A stretch of 64,000 nt of DNA, taken from Candidatus Marinacidobacterium sp. (GTDB lineage: Bacteria > Acidobacteriota > Vicinamibacteria > Marinacidobacterales > Marinacidobacteraceae). Position 1 is the first letter of the stretch; each line of letters opens with the position of its first letter. The stretch lies in the NCBI GenBank assembly GCA_965204755.1, contig OZ242011.1, positions 704,001 to 768,000 on the forward strand. Reading direction: 5' to 3'. A model generated the notes under the pieces. That model was given only the letters and a program-made list of their open reading frames with translations, ran no database searches and had not been told where the DNA came from. Positions 10,195 to 21,908 of the stretch are shown piece by piece. The translations under genes were made by a program, and so were the position numbers.

Positions 10195-10366
10195 CCGTGG
10201 AGAGCCGCCCGTCGGCCCGCCGGGCGCCCGAGCCGCCCCCGCGGGGCGCGCCGCGCCGGCGAAACTTCCGCCCGGCCGGCGCGAAACCGCCGTCCCCGTC
10301 CCTTCCGGCCCGCCCCGTCGAGGCGGGCCGCCACCCCTGCCCCGCAGTTCCCGCAGAAAGGCCCGC

Positions 10367-10978
10367 ATGAGCGATCCCGAACCGACCCGCAACCAGGTGC
10401 TCATTCCCCATGTCATCGAACAGACCGGCCGGGGAGAGCGCGCCTACGACATCTACTCGCGCCTGCTCAAGGACAACATCGTGTTCATCGGCCAGCAGAT
10501 CCACGACGCGCTGGCGAACACGGTGGTCGCCCAACTCCTGTTCCTCGAGGCGGAGGACCCGGAGAAGGAGATCTCGGTGTACATCAACTGTCCGGGCGGC
10601 TCGGTGAGCGCCGGGCTGGCGATCTACGACACCCTGCAGTTCATCCGCCCGGATGTCACCACCTACTGCCTGGGGCAGGCGTCGAGCATGGGCGCGGTCC
10701 TCCTCGCCGCCGGCGCGGAGGGGAAGCGGTTCGCCCTGCCGAACTCCTCGATCATGATCCACCAGCCGCTCGGGGGCGCCTCCGGGCAGGCTTCGGACAT
10801 CGAGATCCACGCCCGGCAGATCGTCCGGATCCGCTCCCGCATCACCGAGATCCTGGCGCGGCACACCGGCAAGTCCGCGAAGCAGATCGCCGGGGACATC
10901 GAGCGCGACCGGTTCATGACCGCCGAGGAAGCCAAGGCCTACGGCGTCGTGGACGCGGTCATCGAACACCGGGCGTGA
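10367..10978 (+). CDS. clpP: ATP-dependent Clp protease proteolytic subunit
   Basis: [31 protein letters not shown] motifs. Confidence 0.97.
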   Translation: MSDPEPTRNQVLIPHVIEQTGRGERAYDIYSRLLKDNIVFIGQQIHDALANTVVAQLLFLEAEDPEKEISVYINCPGGSVSAGLAIYDTLQFIRPDVTTYCLGQASSMGAVLLAAGAEGKRFALPNSSIMIHQPLGGASGQASDIEIHARQIVRIRSRITEILARHTGKSAKQIAGDIERDRFMTAEEAKAYGVVDAVIEHRA

Positions 10979-11235
10979 CGGCCTGCGGAACCGGGAACCG
11001 CGCGAATTCGCCCGCGATCCGGCTAGAATGCGCCCGACCGGCGGCCGTGAGCGGCGGCCGGGACGGGGCCGGGCGCCGCGCGGCGGGCCGGACCGACGAC
11101 GCGGGAATCCGGCGGGAACCCGGACGGATGAACCGAGAGACCAGACCAGCGATTCGGGACTGAGACCGAAGCCGACCGCTACGACCACCACCACCCGAAC
11201 GCAACACCACCGGACGAGGACGCGGGACCGAGCGC

Positions 11236-12513
11236 GTGGCCACCAAAGGTAAGGGCAACCGGGGCAGCGGCCCCTCCGACACGCTGACCTGCAGTTTCTG
11301 CAACAAGCAGCAGCGGGCCGACGGCAAACTCATCGCCGGCCCGGACGGCATCTTCATCTGCGACGAATGCGTCGCCATCTGCAACGACATCATCGCCGAC
11401 AAGTCGAAGACGCTGTCGCCGAAGTCGAAACCCCGGCGCCACCTCACCCCGGAGCAGATCAAGGGCCGGCTCGACGAGTATGTGATCGGGCAGGAGCAGG
11501 CGAAGAAGAAACTCGCGGTCGCGGTGTACAACCACTACAAGCGCATCCGCATCTCCGAGGATTCGGCGCAGCCGCGGGACTCCGTGGAACTCAGCAAGAG
11601 CAATGTGCTGCTCATGGGCGCGACCGGGACCGGGAAGACCCTGCTCGCGCAGACGCTGGCGCGCATCCTCGAAGTGCCGTTCACCATCGTGGACGCCACC
11701 ACGCTCACCGAGGCCGGCTATGTGGGCGAGGATGTGGAGAACATCATCCTCAAGTTGCTGCAGGCCGCCGACAGCGACATCGCCCGGGCGCAGGAGGGGA
11801 TCATCTATGTGGACGAGATCGACAAGGTCTGCCGCAAGAGCGAAAACCCCTCGATCACCCGCGATGTCTCCGGCGAAGGCGTGCAGCAGGCGCTGCTCAA
11901 GATCGTGGAAGGCACGGTCGCCAATGTGCCGCCGCAGGGCGGCCGGAAACACCCGCACCAGGAGTTCCACCAGGTCGATACGACGAACATCCTGTTCATC
12001 TGCGGCGGGGCGTTCGTCGGTCTCGAATCCATCATCGAGCGGCGCATCGGACAGAAGGCGCTCGGGTTCGGCGCGGAGGTCCCGGAGAACGCCCGCGCCC
12101 GGCGCGCCGCCACCTTCGAACAGGGACAACCCACCGACCTGATCCGGTACGGGTTGATACCCGAGTTCGTCGGACGGCTCCCGGTCGTCGCCACGCTCGA
12201 CCCGCTCGACGAGGACGACCTGGTCCGGATCATGACCGAGCCCAAGAACGCCATCGTGAAGCAGTACGAAACGCTGCTCCGGGCGGAGGGGGTGGCCTGC
12301 CGGTTCACGCCCGACGCGCTGCGCGCCATCGCGCGGCAGGCCACGGAACGCGACCTCGGCGCGCGCGGGCTGCGGATGATCCTCGAAGACCTGATGCTCG
12401 ACCTGATGTACGACCTGCCCACCCGGAAGCAGGTGCGCGAAGTGGTGGTGACCCGGGAATTCGCCGCCGGCGAAGCCGAACCGGTCACCGTCCTCTCCCG
12501 CAAGGCCGGCTGA
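11236..12513 (+). CDS. clpX: ATP-dependent Clp protease ATP-binding subunit
   Basis: CSFC/CDEC zinc finger, [33 protein letters not shown]. Confidence 0.97.
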   Translation: MATKGKGNRGSGPSDTLTCSFCNKQQRADGKLIAGPDGIFICDECVAICNDIIADKSKTLSPKSKPRRHLTPEQIKGRLDEYVIGQEQAKKKLAVAVYNHYKRIRISEDSAQPRDSVELSKSNVLLMGATGTGKTLLAQTLARILEVPFTIVDATTLTEAGYVGEDVENIILKLLQAADSDIARAQEGIIYVDEIDKVCRKSENPSITRDVSGEGVQQALLKIVEGTVANVPPQGGRKHPHQEFHQVDTTNILFICGGAFVGLESIIERRIGQKALGFGAEVPENARARRAATFEQGQPTDLIRYGLIPEFVGRLPVVATLDPLDEDDLVRIMTEPKNAIVKQYETLLRAEGVACRFTPDALRAIARQATERDLGARGLRMILEDLMLDLMYDLPTRKQVREVVVTREFAAGEAEPVTVLSRKAG

Positions 12514-12636
12514 CGCCGCCGAGCGAACCCGAAGACCAACCATCCGGCAGAACCGTCCGGCCGAACTTCGCGCCGGACACCGATGATCCCGGCCCGCGGC
12601 CGACCGGCCGCGCCGGCCTCCCCTCCGAACGAAACC

Positions 12637-13281
12637 ATGTCCAAGAGGCCCTCGACGACGGCGGTGTTCCTGACCAGCGCCGCCGCGCCGGAAGGATTCC
12701 CGCCGCCGGAAGTCCCGGAGGTGTGTTTCGTCGGCCGGTCGAATGTGGGCAAGTCCAGCCTCCTCAACCGGCTCGCCGGCAAACGCGCGGTGGCGGCGGT
12801 TTCGCGGACGCCGGGGCGCACGCGGCTCGTGAACTTCTTCCAGGTGGGCGACCGGTACCGGCTGGTGGATCTTCCGGGGTACGGCTTCGCCCGGGTCCCC
12901 GACGCCGTCCGGGCGCCGTGGGAACGGTTGGTGCTCGCCTACCTCGCCGGGCGGGAGACCCTGGCGCTGCACCTCCTGCTCGTGGACATCCGCCGGGAAC
13001 CGCTCGAAAGCGACCGGGCGGCGCTCGACCTGCTGCTCGAAGGCGAAGCGCCCGTGGTGGTCGTCGCGACGAAAGCCGACAAACTGAAACACGGCGCCCG
13101 CGCGGCGCAACTGCGGCTGCTCGAAGCCGCCTACCGCTCCGCCGGCGCGGCGGCGGTGGTTCCCTGCTCGGCGGTCACCTTCGGGAAGCGGAAGGCGAAG
13201 GGCCCGGCCGGCGGCGCGCGGCGGAGCGGCGTGGAAGCGGTGCGCCGGGTCGTCGAGGAACGGGTGGCGGCATGGCGATGA
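12637..13281 (+). CDS. engB: Ribosome biogenesis GTPase EngB/YsxC/YihA
   Basis: [20 protein letters not shown] and TKADK GTPase motifs. Confidence 0.93.
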   Translation: MSKRPSTTAVFLTSAAAPEGFPPPEVPEVCFVGRSNVGKSSLLNRLAGKRAVAAVSRTPGRTRLVNFFQVGDRYRLVDLPGYGFARVPDAVRAPWERLVLAYLAGRETLALHLLLVDIRREPLESDRAALDLLLEGEAPVVVVATKADKLKHGARAAQLRLLEAAYRSAGAAAVVPCSAVTFGKRKAKGPAGGARRSGVEAVRRVVEERVAAWR

Positions 13282-14633
13282 CCGCCGGCGCGGGAACCAT
13301 CCGCAAGAAACACCGGAAGGTGTTCCGCGCCGGACCGCGCGTGGTGCAAAAGCCCACGAATCCGGAGGAGCCGCCGCTCCGCATCGCCGAACTCGCGCGG
13401 AAGACGCCGGCGGAGTTGCAGGAAGTGGCGGTGTCCCTGGACATCGAGTTCCCCGACGCCCTCGCGCGGCAGGACCTGCTCTACCGGATCCTCGGGGCGC
13501 ACTCCGAAAAGGGCGGCCGCATCGTGGCGCGGGGCACGCTCCACATGTTGGTGGAGGGTTTCGGGTTCGTCCGCTCGGCGATCAACTCCTACCTGCCGGG
13601 GCCGAACGATGTGTATGTCTCGCCGCAGCAGATCCGCCGGTTCCGGTTGCGCAGCGGCGACATGCTGGAAGGGGAGATCCGCCGCCCCCGGCGCGGCGAG
13701 CGCTACTACGGGCTGCGCGACCTCTACACCGTGAACGACCAGTCGGCGTTCGAGCGGAAGGTCCCCACCGAGTTCGAACAGTTGACCGCGCTCCACCCGG
13801 ACCGGATGATCCGGCTCGAGCACGACCCGGAGGAACTCGCCGCCCGGGTGGTGGACCTGGTCGCGCCCGTCGGCGCCGGGCAACGCGGGCTCATCGTCGC
13901 GCCGCCGCGCGCCGGGAAGACGGTGATGCTGCAGTCCATCGCGCGGGCGATCCGGAAGAACCACCCGGACATCGAGTTGCTGGTGCTCCTCGTGGACGAA
14001 CGGCCGGAGGAAGTCACCGACATGCTCCGCAATGTGAACGCGGAGATCCTGAGTTCCACCTTCGACGAACGCGGCATCCGCCATATCCAGGTCGCCGAGG
14101 CCTGTCTCGACCGCGCCAAGCGCCGGGTGGAATTAGGAAAGCAGGTCGTGATCCTGCTGGACTCGCTCACCCGGCTGGCGCGGGCCTACAACCACACCCG
14201 CACCACCGGACACGCGCGGCTCCTGTCCGGGGGTATGGACGCCAAGGCGATCCAGTACCCGAAGAAGTTCTTCGGCGCCGCCCGGAACACCGAGGACGGG
14301 GGGGCGCTGACCATCCTGGCGACCGCGCTGGTGGACACCGGCAGCCGGCTGGACGACCTGGTGTACGAGGAGTTCAAGGGCACCGGCAACCTGGAGATCC
14401 ACCTCGACCAGCGCCTGCTGGAGCAGCGGATGTTCCCGGCCATCGACATCCACCAGAGCGGGACCCGGCGCGAAGAGATGCTGCTGAACGAGACCGAACT
14501 CCACTACATGCAGGTTCTCCGGCGGGTGCTGGCCCCGCTCGACCCGGTGGAGGCCATGACCCTGGTCCTCGACCGGATGAAACAGACGGCGACGAACGAG
14601 GAATTCCTCCAGGGAATGGCCAAGGGCGTGTGA
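13278..14633 (+). CDS. rho: Transcription termination factor Rho
   Basis: [46 protein letters not shown] overlap with engB. Confidence 0.96.
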   Translation: MTAGAGTIRKKHRKVFRAGPRVVQKPTNPEEPPLRIAELARKTPAELQEVAVSLDIEFPDALARQDLLYRILGAHSEKGGRIVARGTLHMLVEGFGFVRSAINSYLPGPNDVYVSPQQIRRFRLRSGDMLEGEIRRPRRGERYYGLRDLYTVNDQSAFERKVPTEFEQLTALHPDRMIRLEHDPEELAARVVDLVAPVGAGQRGLIVAPPRAGKTVMLQSIARAIRKNHPDIELLVLLVDERPEEVTDMLRNVNAEILSSTFDERGIRHIQVAEACLDRAKRRVELGKQVVILLDSLTRLARAYNHTRTTGHARLLSGGMDAKAIQYPKKFFGAARNTEDGGALTILATALVDTGSRLDDLVYEEFKGTGNLEIHLDQRLLEQRMFPAIDIHQSGTRREEMLLNETELHYMQVLRRVLAPLDPVEAMTLVLDRMKQTATNEEFLQGMAKGV

Positions 14634-14671
14634 GCGCCGCGGGCCGCTGCGCTAGGATTCCCGGTTCCGCC

Positions 14672-14911
14672 ATGAGAGAAGGCATCCACCCTCCGTACCA
14701 GGAAATCCGGGTCACCTGCGCCTGCGGCGCGGAGTTCCGGACCCGGTCCACCCGGAAGGACGACCTGCGCCTGGAGATCTGCTCCAAGTGCCACCCGTTC
14801 TTCACCGGGAAGCAGCGGATCGTGGACTCCACCGGACGGGTCGAGCGGTTCCGCCAGAAGTACGGCGAAGTCCGCTCGAAGCGCGCCGCCCGCCAGGCCG
14901 CGGAGATCTAA
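14672..14911 (+). CDS. rpmE: 50S ribosomal protein L31 (zinc-binding type)
   Basis: [32 protein letters not shown]. Confidence 0.96.
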   Translation: MREGIHPPYQEIRVTCACGAEFRTRSTRKDDLRLEICSKCHPFFTGKQRIVDSTGRVERFRQKYGEVRSKRAARQAAEI

Positions 14912-14950
14912 CCCTCCCCGCCCGTCCCCCGGACGGGCTGAATCCAGGCC

Positions 14951-16129
14951 GTGGCTACGCCTGCCGCCGGGAGTCCCGGCGTCCGCACCCCGGATCGGAA
15001 CGGGGGCGGCGCGTCCGGCGGCGCGTCCGGCGGCATCACCGGAACGCCCCGCCCGGAGGGGATCGAGGGCCCGCTGCGCGCCGCCGAGGCCCGCTGCCGG
15101 GAGGTCGAGGAGGCGCTCGCCCGCCCGGAAACGCTGGCCGACCGGGCGGAACTCCACCGGCTCTCGGCGCTCCACGCCGAACTCGAACCGCTGATCGAGG
15201 CCGGGCGGAAGCGCGAGGCGGCGCTCCTCCGGCGGGACGAAGCCGTGGAACTCACGGACGACCCCGACGCCGAGGTCGCCGCGCTCGCCGCCGAAGAAGC
15301 CGCCGATGCCGAAGCCGAACTCCGGACGGTCGAAGAGGAGATCCGCCGGCTCCTGCTGCCGAGGGACCCGAACGACGAGCGGAATGTGCTGCTCGAAGTG
15401 CGCGCCGGGACCGGCGGGGAAGAGGCGGCGCTCTTCGCCGGCGAGATCTTCCGGATGTACTCGCTCTACGGGAAGGCCCGCGGCTACCGGGTGGACCTGG
15501 TCTCCGCGAACGAGACCACGGTGGGCGGGCTGAAGGAAGCGGTGGCGGTGATCGAGGGGAAAGGCGCGTTCAGCCGGTTCAAGTACGAGAGCGGCGTCCA
15601 CCGGGTGCAGCGGGTGCCGGCCACCGAAGCCTCCGGCCGGATCCACACCTCGGCGGTTACCGTCGCGGTGCTGCCCGAAGCCGAGGAAGTGGAGATCCGG
15701 ATCGACCCGAAGGACCTGCGCATCGACACCTTCTGCTCCTCCGGGCCCGGCGGGCAGAGCGTGAACACCACCTACTCGGCGGTGCGGATCACCCACCTGC
15801 CGAGCGGGTTGGTGGTGAGTTGCCAGGACGAGAAGTCGCAGATCAAGAACCGGACGAAGGCGATGCGGGTGCTGCGCTCCCGGCTCTACGACCTCGCCCG
15901 CGCGGAGCAGCGCGAGCAGGTGGCCGAAGCGCGGCGCGGGCAGGTGGGGCGGGGCGACCGGAGCGAGAAGATCCGCACCTACAACTTCCGGGAGAACCGG
16001 GTCACCGACCACCGGATCGCGCTGACCCTCCACGCGCTTCCGGCGGTGCTCGGCGGCGACCTCGACCCGATCATCGGCCCGCTGCAGACCGCGGAACAGG
16101 CCGAACGCCTGAAGTCCCTCCACGGATGA
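14951..16129 (+). CDS. prfA: Peptide chain release factor 1
   Basis: [19 protein letters not shown] (PxT), [12 protein letters not shown]. Start uncertain. Confidence 0.96.
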   Translation: MATPAAGSPGVRTPDRNGGGASGGASGGITGTPRPEGIEGPLRAAEARCREVEEALARPETLADRAELHRLSALHAELEPLIEAGRKREAALLRRDEAVELTDDPDAEVAALAAEEAADAEAELRTVEEEIRRLLLPRDPNDERNVLLEVRAGTGGEEAALFAGEIFRMYSLYGKARGYRVDLVSANETTVGGLKEAVAVIEGKGAFSRFKYESGVHRVQRVPATEASGRIHTSAVTVAVLPEAEEVEIRIDPKDLRIDTFCSSGPGGQSVNTTYSAVRITHLPSGLVVSCQDEKSQIKNRTKAMRVLRSRLYDLARAEQREQVAEARRGQVGRGDRSEKIRTYNFRENRVTDHRIALTLHALPAVLGGDLDPIIGPLQTAEQAERLKSLHG

Positions 16130-17034
16130 CCGGCGGCGGAGCGACCGCCGCCGCAACAGGCACGACGGTCGGGGCGGCGCTCCGGGAGGCCGAGCGCCGG
16201 CTGCGGGACGCCGGCGTCCCCTCCCCCGCCTTCGACGCGCGGCTGCTCCTCCGGGCCGCCGCCGGGTGGACCGCCGCCGAACTCGTCGCGGAAGGCCGCT
16301 CCCGGCTCGCTCCGGGCGCGCGAGCCGCTTTCGGGCGGCTGGTCGCCGGGCGCGCCGCCCGCCGGCCGCTCCAGCACCTGACCGGGACCGTCGAGTTCCA
16401 CGGGCTCCCGCTCGCGGTCGGCCCGGAGGCGCTCGTCCCCCGCCCGGAGACGGAAGTCCTGGTCGAGGCGGCGCTAGCGTTCGCCCGGGAAACCGGCCCG
16501 GCGCTCCGCATCGCGGATGTGGGGTGCGGCGCCGGCCCGATCGCCCTCGCGCTCGCCGCCCGACTGCCGCAGGCCTTCGCCACCGGCTTCGACAACGACC
16601 CGGCCGCGCTCCGGCTCGCCGCCCGGAACCGGCGCGCAAACGGGCTCGACGACCGGGTCGCTCTCGCGCGGGCCGACCTCCTCACCGCCGCGCGCCCCGG
16701 CGCGTTCCGCGTCATCGCGGCGAACCTGCCCTATGTGCCCACCGCCGAGATCGGGACGCTCGAACCGGAGGTCCGCGACCACGAGCCGCGGCAGGCGCTG
16801 GACGGCGGCCCGGACGGGCTCGACCCGCTCCGGCGCCTCCTCCCCGGCGCGCGGCGGGCGCTGGAACCCGGCGGGCGGCTCTTCCTCGAGATCGGCGCCG
16901 GCCAGCGGGAGGCGGCGGCCCGGCTGCTCTCCGCCGCGGGATTCGGCCCGGTCGCGGCGATCCCCGACCTCGCCGGAATCCCCCGCGTCCTCGCCGCCGA
17001 ACCGGACCCCGGAGCCGCCCCGGCGCGCGGGTAG
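16126..17034 (+). CDS. prmC: Release factor glutamine methyltransferase
   Basis: [28 protein letters not shown]; coupled to prfA. Confidence 0.93.
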   Translation: MTGGGATAAATGTTVGAALREAERRLRDAGVPSPAFDARLLLRAAAGWTAAELVAEGRSRLAPGARAAFGRLVAGRAARRPLQHLTGTVEFHGLPLAVGPEALVPRPETEVLVEAALAFARETGPALRIADVGCGAGPIALALAARLPQAFATGFDNDPAALRLAARNRRANGLDDRVALARADLLTAARPGAFRVIAANLPYVPTAEIGTLEPEVRDHEPRQALDGGPDGLDPLRRLLPGARRALEPGGRLFLEIGAGQREAAARLLSAAGFGPVAAIPDLAGIPRVLAAEPDPGAAPARG

Positions 17035-17255
17035 CAGCCCGTGGAGAAAGTCCGGGGAGGGCCCGTCGGCGCGAAGCGCCGACCGGGGAGGGGTGCGGGG
17101 AGGGGGTGTCCCCCTCCCCGCGAAAGAAGGCGGGGGGAATCGCGCAGCGATTCCACCCGCCAGCCCGTGGGAAGAGCGCCCCGCGACGAAACCCCGCGGG
17201 GACTTGGCCCCTTCCGGTCGAAGTGCCGGGGGCGGGGCGCTCTTTCCGCGGGCCG
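17035..17255. mobile_element. 221-bp MITE/REP-like element, copy 1
   Basis: Similar to 25793-26013. Ends CAGCCCGTGGAGAAAG ... CTCTTTCCGCGGGCCG are imperfect inverted repeats; several internal hairpins. Confidence 0.8.
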
Positions 17256-17269
17256 ATAGGATCGTTCCC

Positions 17270-18748
17270 GTGATCTGGATCGTCTCGGTCTTCGGCTACC
17301 TCGGGTTCCTGGTGCTGTTCGCGCTGCGGCAGGCGCGGCGGGTGGCCACGCAGGAAGACTTCATGGTCGCCGGGCGGTCCGTCCGCTGGCAGGTGCTGGT
17401 GGGGACGCTGATCTGCACCTGGATCGGTTCCGGCAGCCTCTTCGGGGGCGCCGGGCGCGCCTTCCGGGAAGGGTTTTCGGCGCTGTGGATGAGCGCCGGC
17501 GCCTGGGTCGGGATCGCCGTCGTGTTCTTCCTCGCCCACCGGGTGCGGCGGATCGCCGAGTACACGGTGCCCGACCTGCTCGAGCGCCGCTACCACCCGG
17601 CGGCGCGCGTCCTCGGGACCGCGGCCATCGCCATCGCCTACCTGACCATCGTCGGCTACCAGTTCGTCGGCGGCGGCCGGCTGCTGGCCATCCTCTTCCC
17701 CGGACTCGACCCCGCGGTCGGGATGGCGGTCGTCGCGGTCTTCGTGACCCTGTTCGCGGTGAGCGCCGGGATGGTCTCGGTGATCCGGCTGGATGTCGTG
17801 AACGGAATCATCATCCTGGCCAGCATCCTGATCGCCGCCCCGCTGGCCTACTTCGGCGCCGGCGGCGCGGAGGGGCTGACCGCGGCGCTCCCGGAGACCC
17901 ACTTCACCCTCACCGGGAGGCTCGGGATCTCGGCGGCGCTCGGGCTCTTCCTCCCGACGATGCTGCTCCTGCTGGGCGAGAGCGGGATGTACCAGAAGTT
18001 CTACGCGGCGGAGTCCGGGGCGGCGGCGCGGAAGGCGGTCGTCGGGATGATCGTGGGCGTCATCCTGGTGGAAGTCCTCATCGATTCCACGGCGGTATTC
18101 GCCGCCGCCGGCTACTGGAACGACCCGGCCTTCCGCACCGCCGCCGGTTTCGAGACCGGCGCGACGGAGACCGTGCTGCTGACCTTCGCCCGGAACGAAC
18201 TCCCGACGCTCGCCGGCTGCCTGCTGCTCGCCGGGGCGACGGCCATCATCTTCTCGACCGCGACCACTTTCCTGCTCGTCCCCTCGACCGGGCTGGCGCG
18301 GGACATCTACCAGCGGTTCCTCCGCCCCGGCGCCGACTCCGCCGCCGTCATCCGGTTCCAGCGGTTCGCCATGGTCGGGCTCTCCCTGGTCGCGCTGCTG
18401 CTGACCACCCGGTTCCAGAGCATCCTGGACATGGCGCTCTACGCCTACACCATGGTCGGCGCGGCGGTTACGCCGACGCTGCTGGCCGCGTTCCTGTGGA
18501 AGCGGGCGAGCCCGAAGGGCGGCGTCATCTCCATCGGCGCCGGGATCGCGGTAACGCTGGCGTTCTCGGCGCTGAACTCCGCCGGGGTGGAGCGGATCGG
18601 GTTCCTGCCGACGCAGTACGACTATGTGATCTACCCGGCGGCGGCGGCCTCGCTGCTGGGGCTGGTCGTCGGCAGCCTGCTCACCGCGCCCCCGGAACCG
18701 GAGCAGGTCGCGCCGTTCGTCAGCGCGGGCGAAGGCGGTCGTGGTTGA
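17270..18748 (+). CDS. Sodium:solute symporter family transporter
   Basis: DFMVAGR, TWIGSGS, YTVPDLLERRY; many transmembrane segments. Confidence 0.92.
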   Translation: MIWIVSVFGYLGFLVLFALRQARRVATQEDFMVAGRSVRWQVLVGTLICTWIGSGSLFGGAGRAFREGFSALWMSAGAWVGIAVVFFLAHRVRRIAEYTVPDLLERRYHPAARVLGTAAIAIAYLTIVGYQFVGGGRLLAILFPGLDPAVGMAVVAVFVTLFAVSAGMVSVIRLDVVNGIIILASILIAAPLAYFGAGGAEGLTAALPETHFTLTGRLGISAALGLFLPTMLLLLGESGMYQKFYAAESGAAARKAVVGMIVGVILVEVLIDSTAVFAAAGYWNDPAFRTAAGFETGATETVLLTFARNELPTLAGCLLLAGATAIIFSTATTFLLVPSTGLARDIYQRFLRPGADSAAVIRFQRFAMVGLSLVALLLTTRFQSILDMALYAYTMVGAAVTPTLLAAFLWKRASPKGGVISIGAGIAVTLAFSALNSAGVERIGFLPTQYDYVIYPAAAASLLGLVVGSLLTAPPEPEQVAPFVSAGEGGRG

Positions 18749-19544
18749 GACCGCCGCCCCCGCCGTGACCGCCCGGGTGCGGGCGGAGCGGCGCGGGCCG
18801 GCCGTCCGGCTGACGCTCGCCTGGCCGGAGAAGCGGAACGCCCTCTCGCTCGCCGTGCTGGAGGAACTCCGGGAGCGCCTGCTCGACGCCTCCGCGGACC
18901 CGGAGACCCGCGCCGTCGTGATCGCGGGCGAGGGGCCGGCGTTCTCCGCCGGGCACTACCTGCCGGAGGTGGTGGACGGGGACGCCGAGGAAGTCCGCCG
19001 CCTGTTCGCCGGTTGCGCCCGGCTCATGGCGGCGATCCGCGAAGCGCCGCAGCCGGTCATCGCGGAGGTGCGCGGCATCGCCACCGCCGCCGGGTGCCAA
19101 CTCGTCGCGTCCTGCGACCTGGCCGTCGCGGCGGAGACGGCGCGGTTCGCCACCCCCGGCGTGCGGATCGGGTTCTTCTGCTCCACGCCGATGGTTCCGC
19201 TGGGCCGGGCGGTCGGGCGGAAACGGGCGATGGAGATGCTGCTCACCGGCGACTTCATCGAGGCCCGCACCGCCGCCGAGTGGGGCCTCGTGAACCGGGT
19301 CGTCCCGGAGGACGATCTGGAAGCGGCCTCGCAGGAGTTCGCGGAGAAGATCGCCGCCGCCAGTCCCTTCGTCGTGGGGCTCGGCAAGCGCGCCTTCCAC
19401 CGACAGGCCGACCTCCCGCTCGAAGCGGCGGAGGAAGCGATGTCCGCGGTGATGCGCGAGAACGCCGCGGAGCCCGACGCCCGCGAAGGAATCCGCGCCT
19501 TCCTCGAAAAGCGCGAACCCCGCTGGACGCAGCGGCCGCGCTGA
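18741..19544 (+). CDS. Enoyl-CoA hydratase/crotonase family protein
   Basis: PEKRNAL, AFSAGH, ATAAGCQLVASCDL, EGIRAFLEKR. Confidence 0.92.
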   Translation: MVETAAPAVTARVRAERRGPAVRLTLAWPEKRNALSLAVLEELRERLLDASADPETRAVVIAGEGPAFSAGHYLPEVVDGDAEEVRRLFAGCARLMAAIREAPQPVIAEVRGIATAAGCQLVASCDLAVAAETARFATPGVRIGFFCSTPMVPLGRAVGRKRAMEMLLTGDFIEARTAAEWGLVNRVVPEDDLEAASQEFAEKIAAASPFVVGLGKRAFHRQADLPLEAAEEAMSAVMRENAAEPDAREGIRAFLEKREPRWTQRPR

Positions 19545-19558
19545 CCCGCGGCCGCCGC

Positions 19559-20398
19559 CTACGGCGCGGGGGCGTCCGGGGCGCGGAAGCGGTAGGCGAA
19601 CTCGTCGCCGTCCCGGTGGAAGCCGGCGACGGTGTAGCCGAGGCCGAAGAGCGACTGGAACGCCGCGCGGCCCTTCAGGCGCCAATCCAGCGCGAGGGCC
19701 GGATCCTGCGCCAGCAGCGCGGTGAAGTGCGGCGGGATGCGCAGCAGGACTTCCGGGCCCTCCGGCGCCGGCGCCGGATCGCCGGTCTCCAGGAGGCCGG
19801 AGGCGCGCAGCGAGACCCGGTTCAGCGACGGCAGGTCGGGGATCCCGACTTCCCGCGCCAGTTCGCCCCGGCGCGCCGCCGCCACCCGCTCCGAGCCGAG
19901 AACCCACTCCGGCTCCAGCCGGTCGGTCGGCAGCCCGCCGTGGAGCGGGCTCTCGCTCTCCCCGTACACATTCACCCGGTACACCGAGGCCAGGCAGCCC
20001 AGGTGGTTCAGGTTCAGGTGGGCGTTCCGCGCCTGCATCGGGTCGAAGGTCCAGTTGATCCGGTCGAGCCCCTGCCCCCGCGCCCGGTCGGCCTGCGCCC
20101 ACTTCAGGGCGATCCCGGCGCCGGAGCCCCGGAACTCCGGCCGCACCGCCAGCATGTGCGAGTGGTGGAGCGGCCCCAGGTCGTCGAACCCCGGAAACCC
20201 GTTCACGAAACCGATCATCCGCCCTTCGGCGAAGGCCCCGATCGCGATCGCCCCGTAGCAGTTCATGACGGACATCAGCCCGGCGGGCACCACATCGAGA
20301 TCGATGAAACCCCAGACCTCCCGCTGGATCTCCTCGCACTCCCGCAGGTCGTCCATCCCCGACAGGTCGCGGACGGTGAAGGGAACCCGGCGGGGCAT
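19559..20398 (-). CDS. GNAT acyltransferase (D-amino acid N-succinyltransferase-like)
   Basis: HSHMLAVRPEFRGSGAGIALKWAQ, WTFDP, NAHLNLNHLG, GLPTDRL. Confidence 0.8.
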   Translation of the reverse strand: MPRRVPFTVRDLSGMDDLRECEEIQREVWGFIDLDVVPAGLMSVMNCYGAIAIGAFAEGRMIGFVNGFPGFDDLGPLHHSHMLAVRPEFRGSGAGIALKWAQADRARGQGLDRINWTFDPMQARNAHLNLNHLGCLASVYRVNVYGESESPLHGGLPTDRLEPEWVLGSERVAAARRGELAREVGIPDLPSLNRVSLRASGLLETGDPAPAPEGPEVLLRIPPHFTALLAQDPALALDWRLKGRAAFQSLFGLGYTVAGFHRDGDEFAYRFRAPDAPAP

Positions 20399-20530
20399 GG
20401 CGCGGCGGCGGATTCTACGGAAGGGGGGGCGATTCCCCCGGTTTCCGCCCGCCGCCCCCCGGCTACACTGCCTCCCCGTTAGCGAGCCCCCGGTGGAACC
20501 CCCGCGAGCGCCGGGCGGCGCGACAGCCCG

Positions 20531-21088
20531 ATGAGCGCGCCGATGAGCGCGGCCGGCCGCCATCCGTTCGGCGCCCGGACGAGGACGCTGGCGATCCTGT
20601 TCGCCGTCGTCCTCGCCGCCGACCAGGCCACCAAGATCGCCGCGGCGCGGTGGCTCGACGCCTACGAGCCGGTGAGCGTCATCCCGGGCTTCCTCCAACT
20701 CGCGCTGGTCCACAACACCGGCATGGCGTTCGGGCTGCTGAACGACCTCGCGTTCGCCGGGAAGGCCTGGATCCTCACCGGGGTCTCCGCGGCGCTGCTC
20801 GCCCTGATCGCCTGGTTCGCCGTCCGCGCCGGGCCGCTCTCGCCGCTGACCGGCATCGGGCTCACCGCGATGCTCTCCGGGGCGCTGGGGAACATCGTGG
20901 ACCGGCTGGCGCGGGGCCATGTGGTGGACTTCCTGGACGCCTATGTGGGCAGCGCCCACTGGCCCACCTTCAACCTGGCCGACTCCGCGATCTGCGTCGG
21001 CGCCGGGCTGCTCCTCTGCGACACCGTCCGGGAAGCGCGCCGGGCTTCCCGCCGCCCCACCCCGGAACCGGAAGCGGCGGAGGGCTGA
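20531..21088 (+). CDS. lspA: Lipoprotein signal peptidase
   Basis: DQATK, NTGMAFG, GALGNIVDR, VVDF, FNLADSAI. Confidence 0.96.
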   Translation: MSAPMSAAGRHPFGARTRTLAILFAVVLAADQATKIAAARWLDAYEPVSVIPGFLQLALVHNTGMAFGLLNDLAFAGKAWILTGVSAALLALIAWFAVRAGPLSPLTGIGLTAMLSGALGNIVDRLARGHVVDFLDAYVGSAHWPTFNLADSAICVGAGLLLCDTVREARRASRRPTPEPEAAEG

Positions 21089-21112
21089 CCCCCGACCCCG
21101 CCCGACCTGCCC

Positions 21113-21907
21113 ATGTTCCCCCGACTGCTCGACCTCGGCGCGTTCGAACTCTTCGGGCGCACCTTCCACCCGGTCCTCCACACCTACGGCCTGCTGCTGG
21201 CCGGCGGCTTCGTCGTCGGGATCGTCGACGCCGCCCGCCGGGCGCCCCGCCACGGGATCGAGCGGAAGGACATCTACGACCTCGCCCTCCATCTCTTCCT
21301 CGGCGCCATCCTCGGCGCGAAGGCGCTCCTGTTCCTCGTGAACCCGGAGCCGTTCCTGCGCAACCCGGCCGCGCTGATAACCGCCGGCGGCGTCTTCCTC
21401 GGCGGGTTCCTCGGCGCGATGGCCGCCTCGATCCGCTTCTTCCGCTCCCGCGGCATCCCGGTCTGGGAGGGCGGCGACCTGCTCGCCCCCTCCATCGCCC
21501 TCGGCCACGGCATCGGGCGGCTGGGCTGCTTCGCCGGCGGCTGCTGCTACGGCCTCCCCGCCGACGGCGCGCCCGCCGTCACCTTCACCGACCTCTACGC
21601 CAACTCGGTCACCGGCGTCCCGCTGAACACCCCCCTCCACCCGACCCAACTCTACGAAGCCGGGTTCGAGTTCGCGCTGTTCGGGCTCCTCCTCTGGCTG
21701 ACGCCCCGGAAGAAGTTCGCCGGGCAAGTCTTCTATGTCTGGGTGGGGCTCTACGCGGTGGGCCGGTTCGCCATCGAGTTCCTCCGGGGCGACCCGCGCG
21801 GCTTCGTCTTCGACGAACTCCTCTCCACCTCGCAGTTCCTCTCGGTCTGGCTCCTGGTCGGCGCGGTCGTCGCCCTCCTCGTCCTCCGGCGCCGCGCCGC
21901 CGCGTGA
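21113..21907 (+). CDS. lgt: Prolipoprotein diacylglyceryl transferase
   Basis: YG, IGRLGCF.GCCYG, HPTQLYE, RFAIEFLRGD. Confidence 0.95.
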   Translation: MFPRLLDLGAFELFGRTFHPVLHTYGLLLAGGFVVGIVDAARRAPRHGIERKDIYDLALHLFLGAILGAKALLFLVNPEPFLRNPAALITAGGVFLGGFLGAMAASIRFFRSRGIPVWEGGDLLAPSIALGHGIGRLGCFAGGCCYGLPADGAPAVTFTDLYANSVTGVPLNTPLHPTQLYEAGFEFALFGLLLWLTPRKKFAGQVFYVWVGLYAVGRFAIEFLRGDPRGFVFDELLSTSQFLSVWLLVGAVVALLVLRRRAAA

Positions 21908-21908
21908 G

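Noticed and set aside
11367-13277. Long N-terminal extension on Rho
   Set aside because: Overlaps clpX and engB out of frame; Rho similarity starts near 13278.
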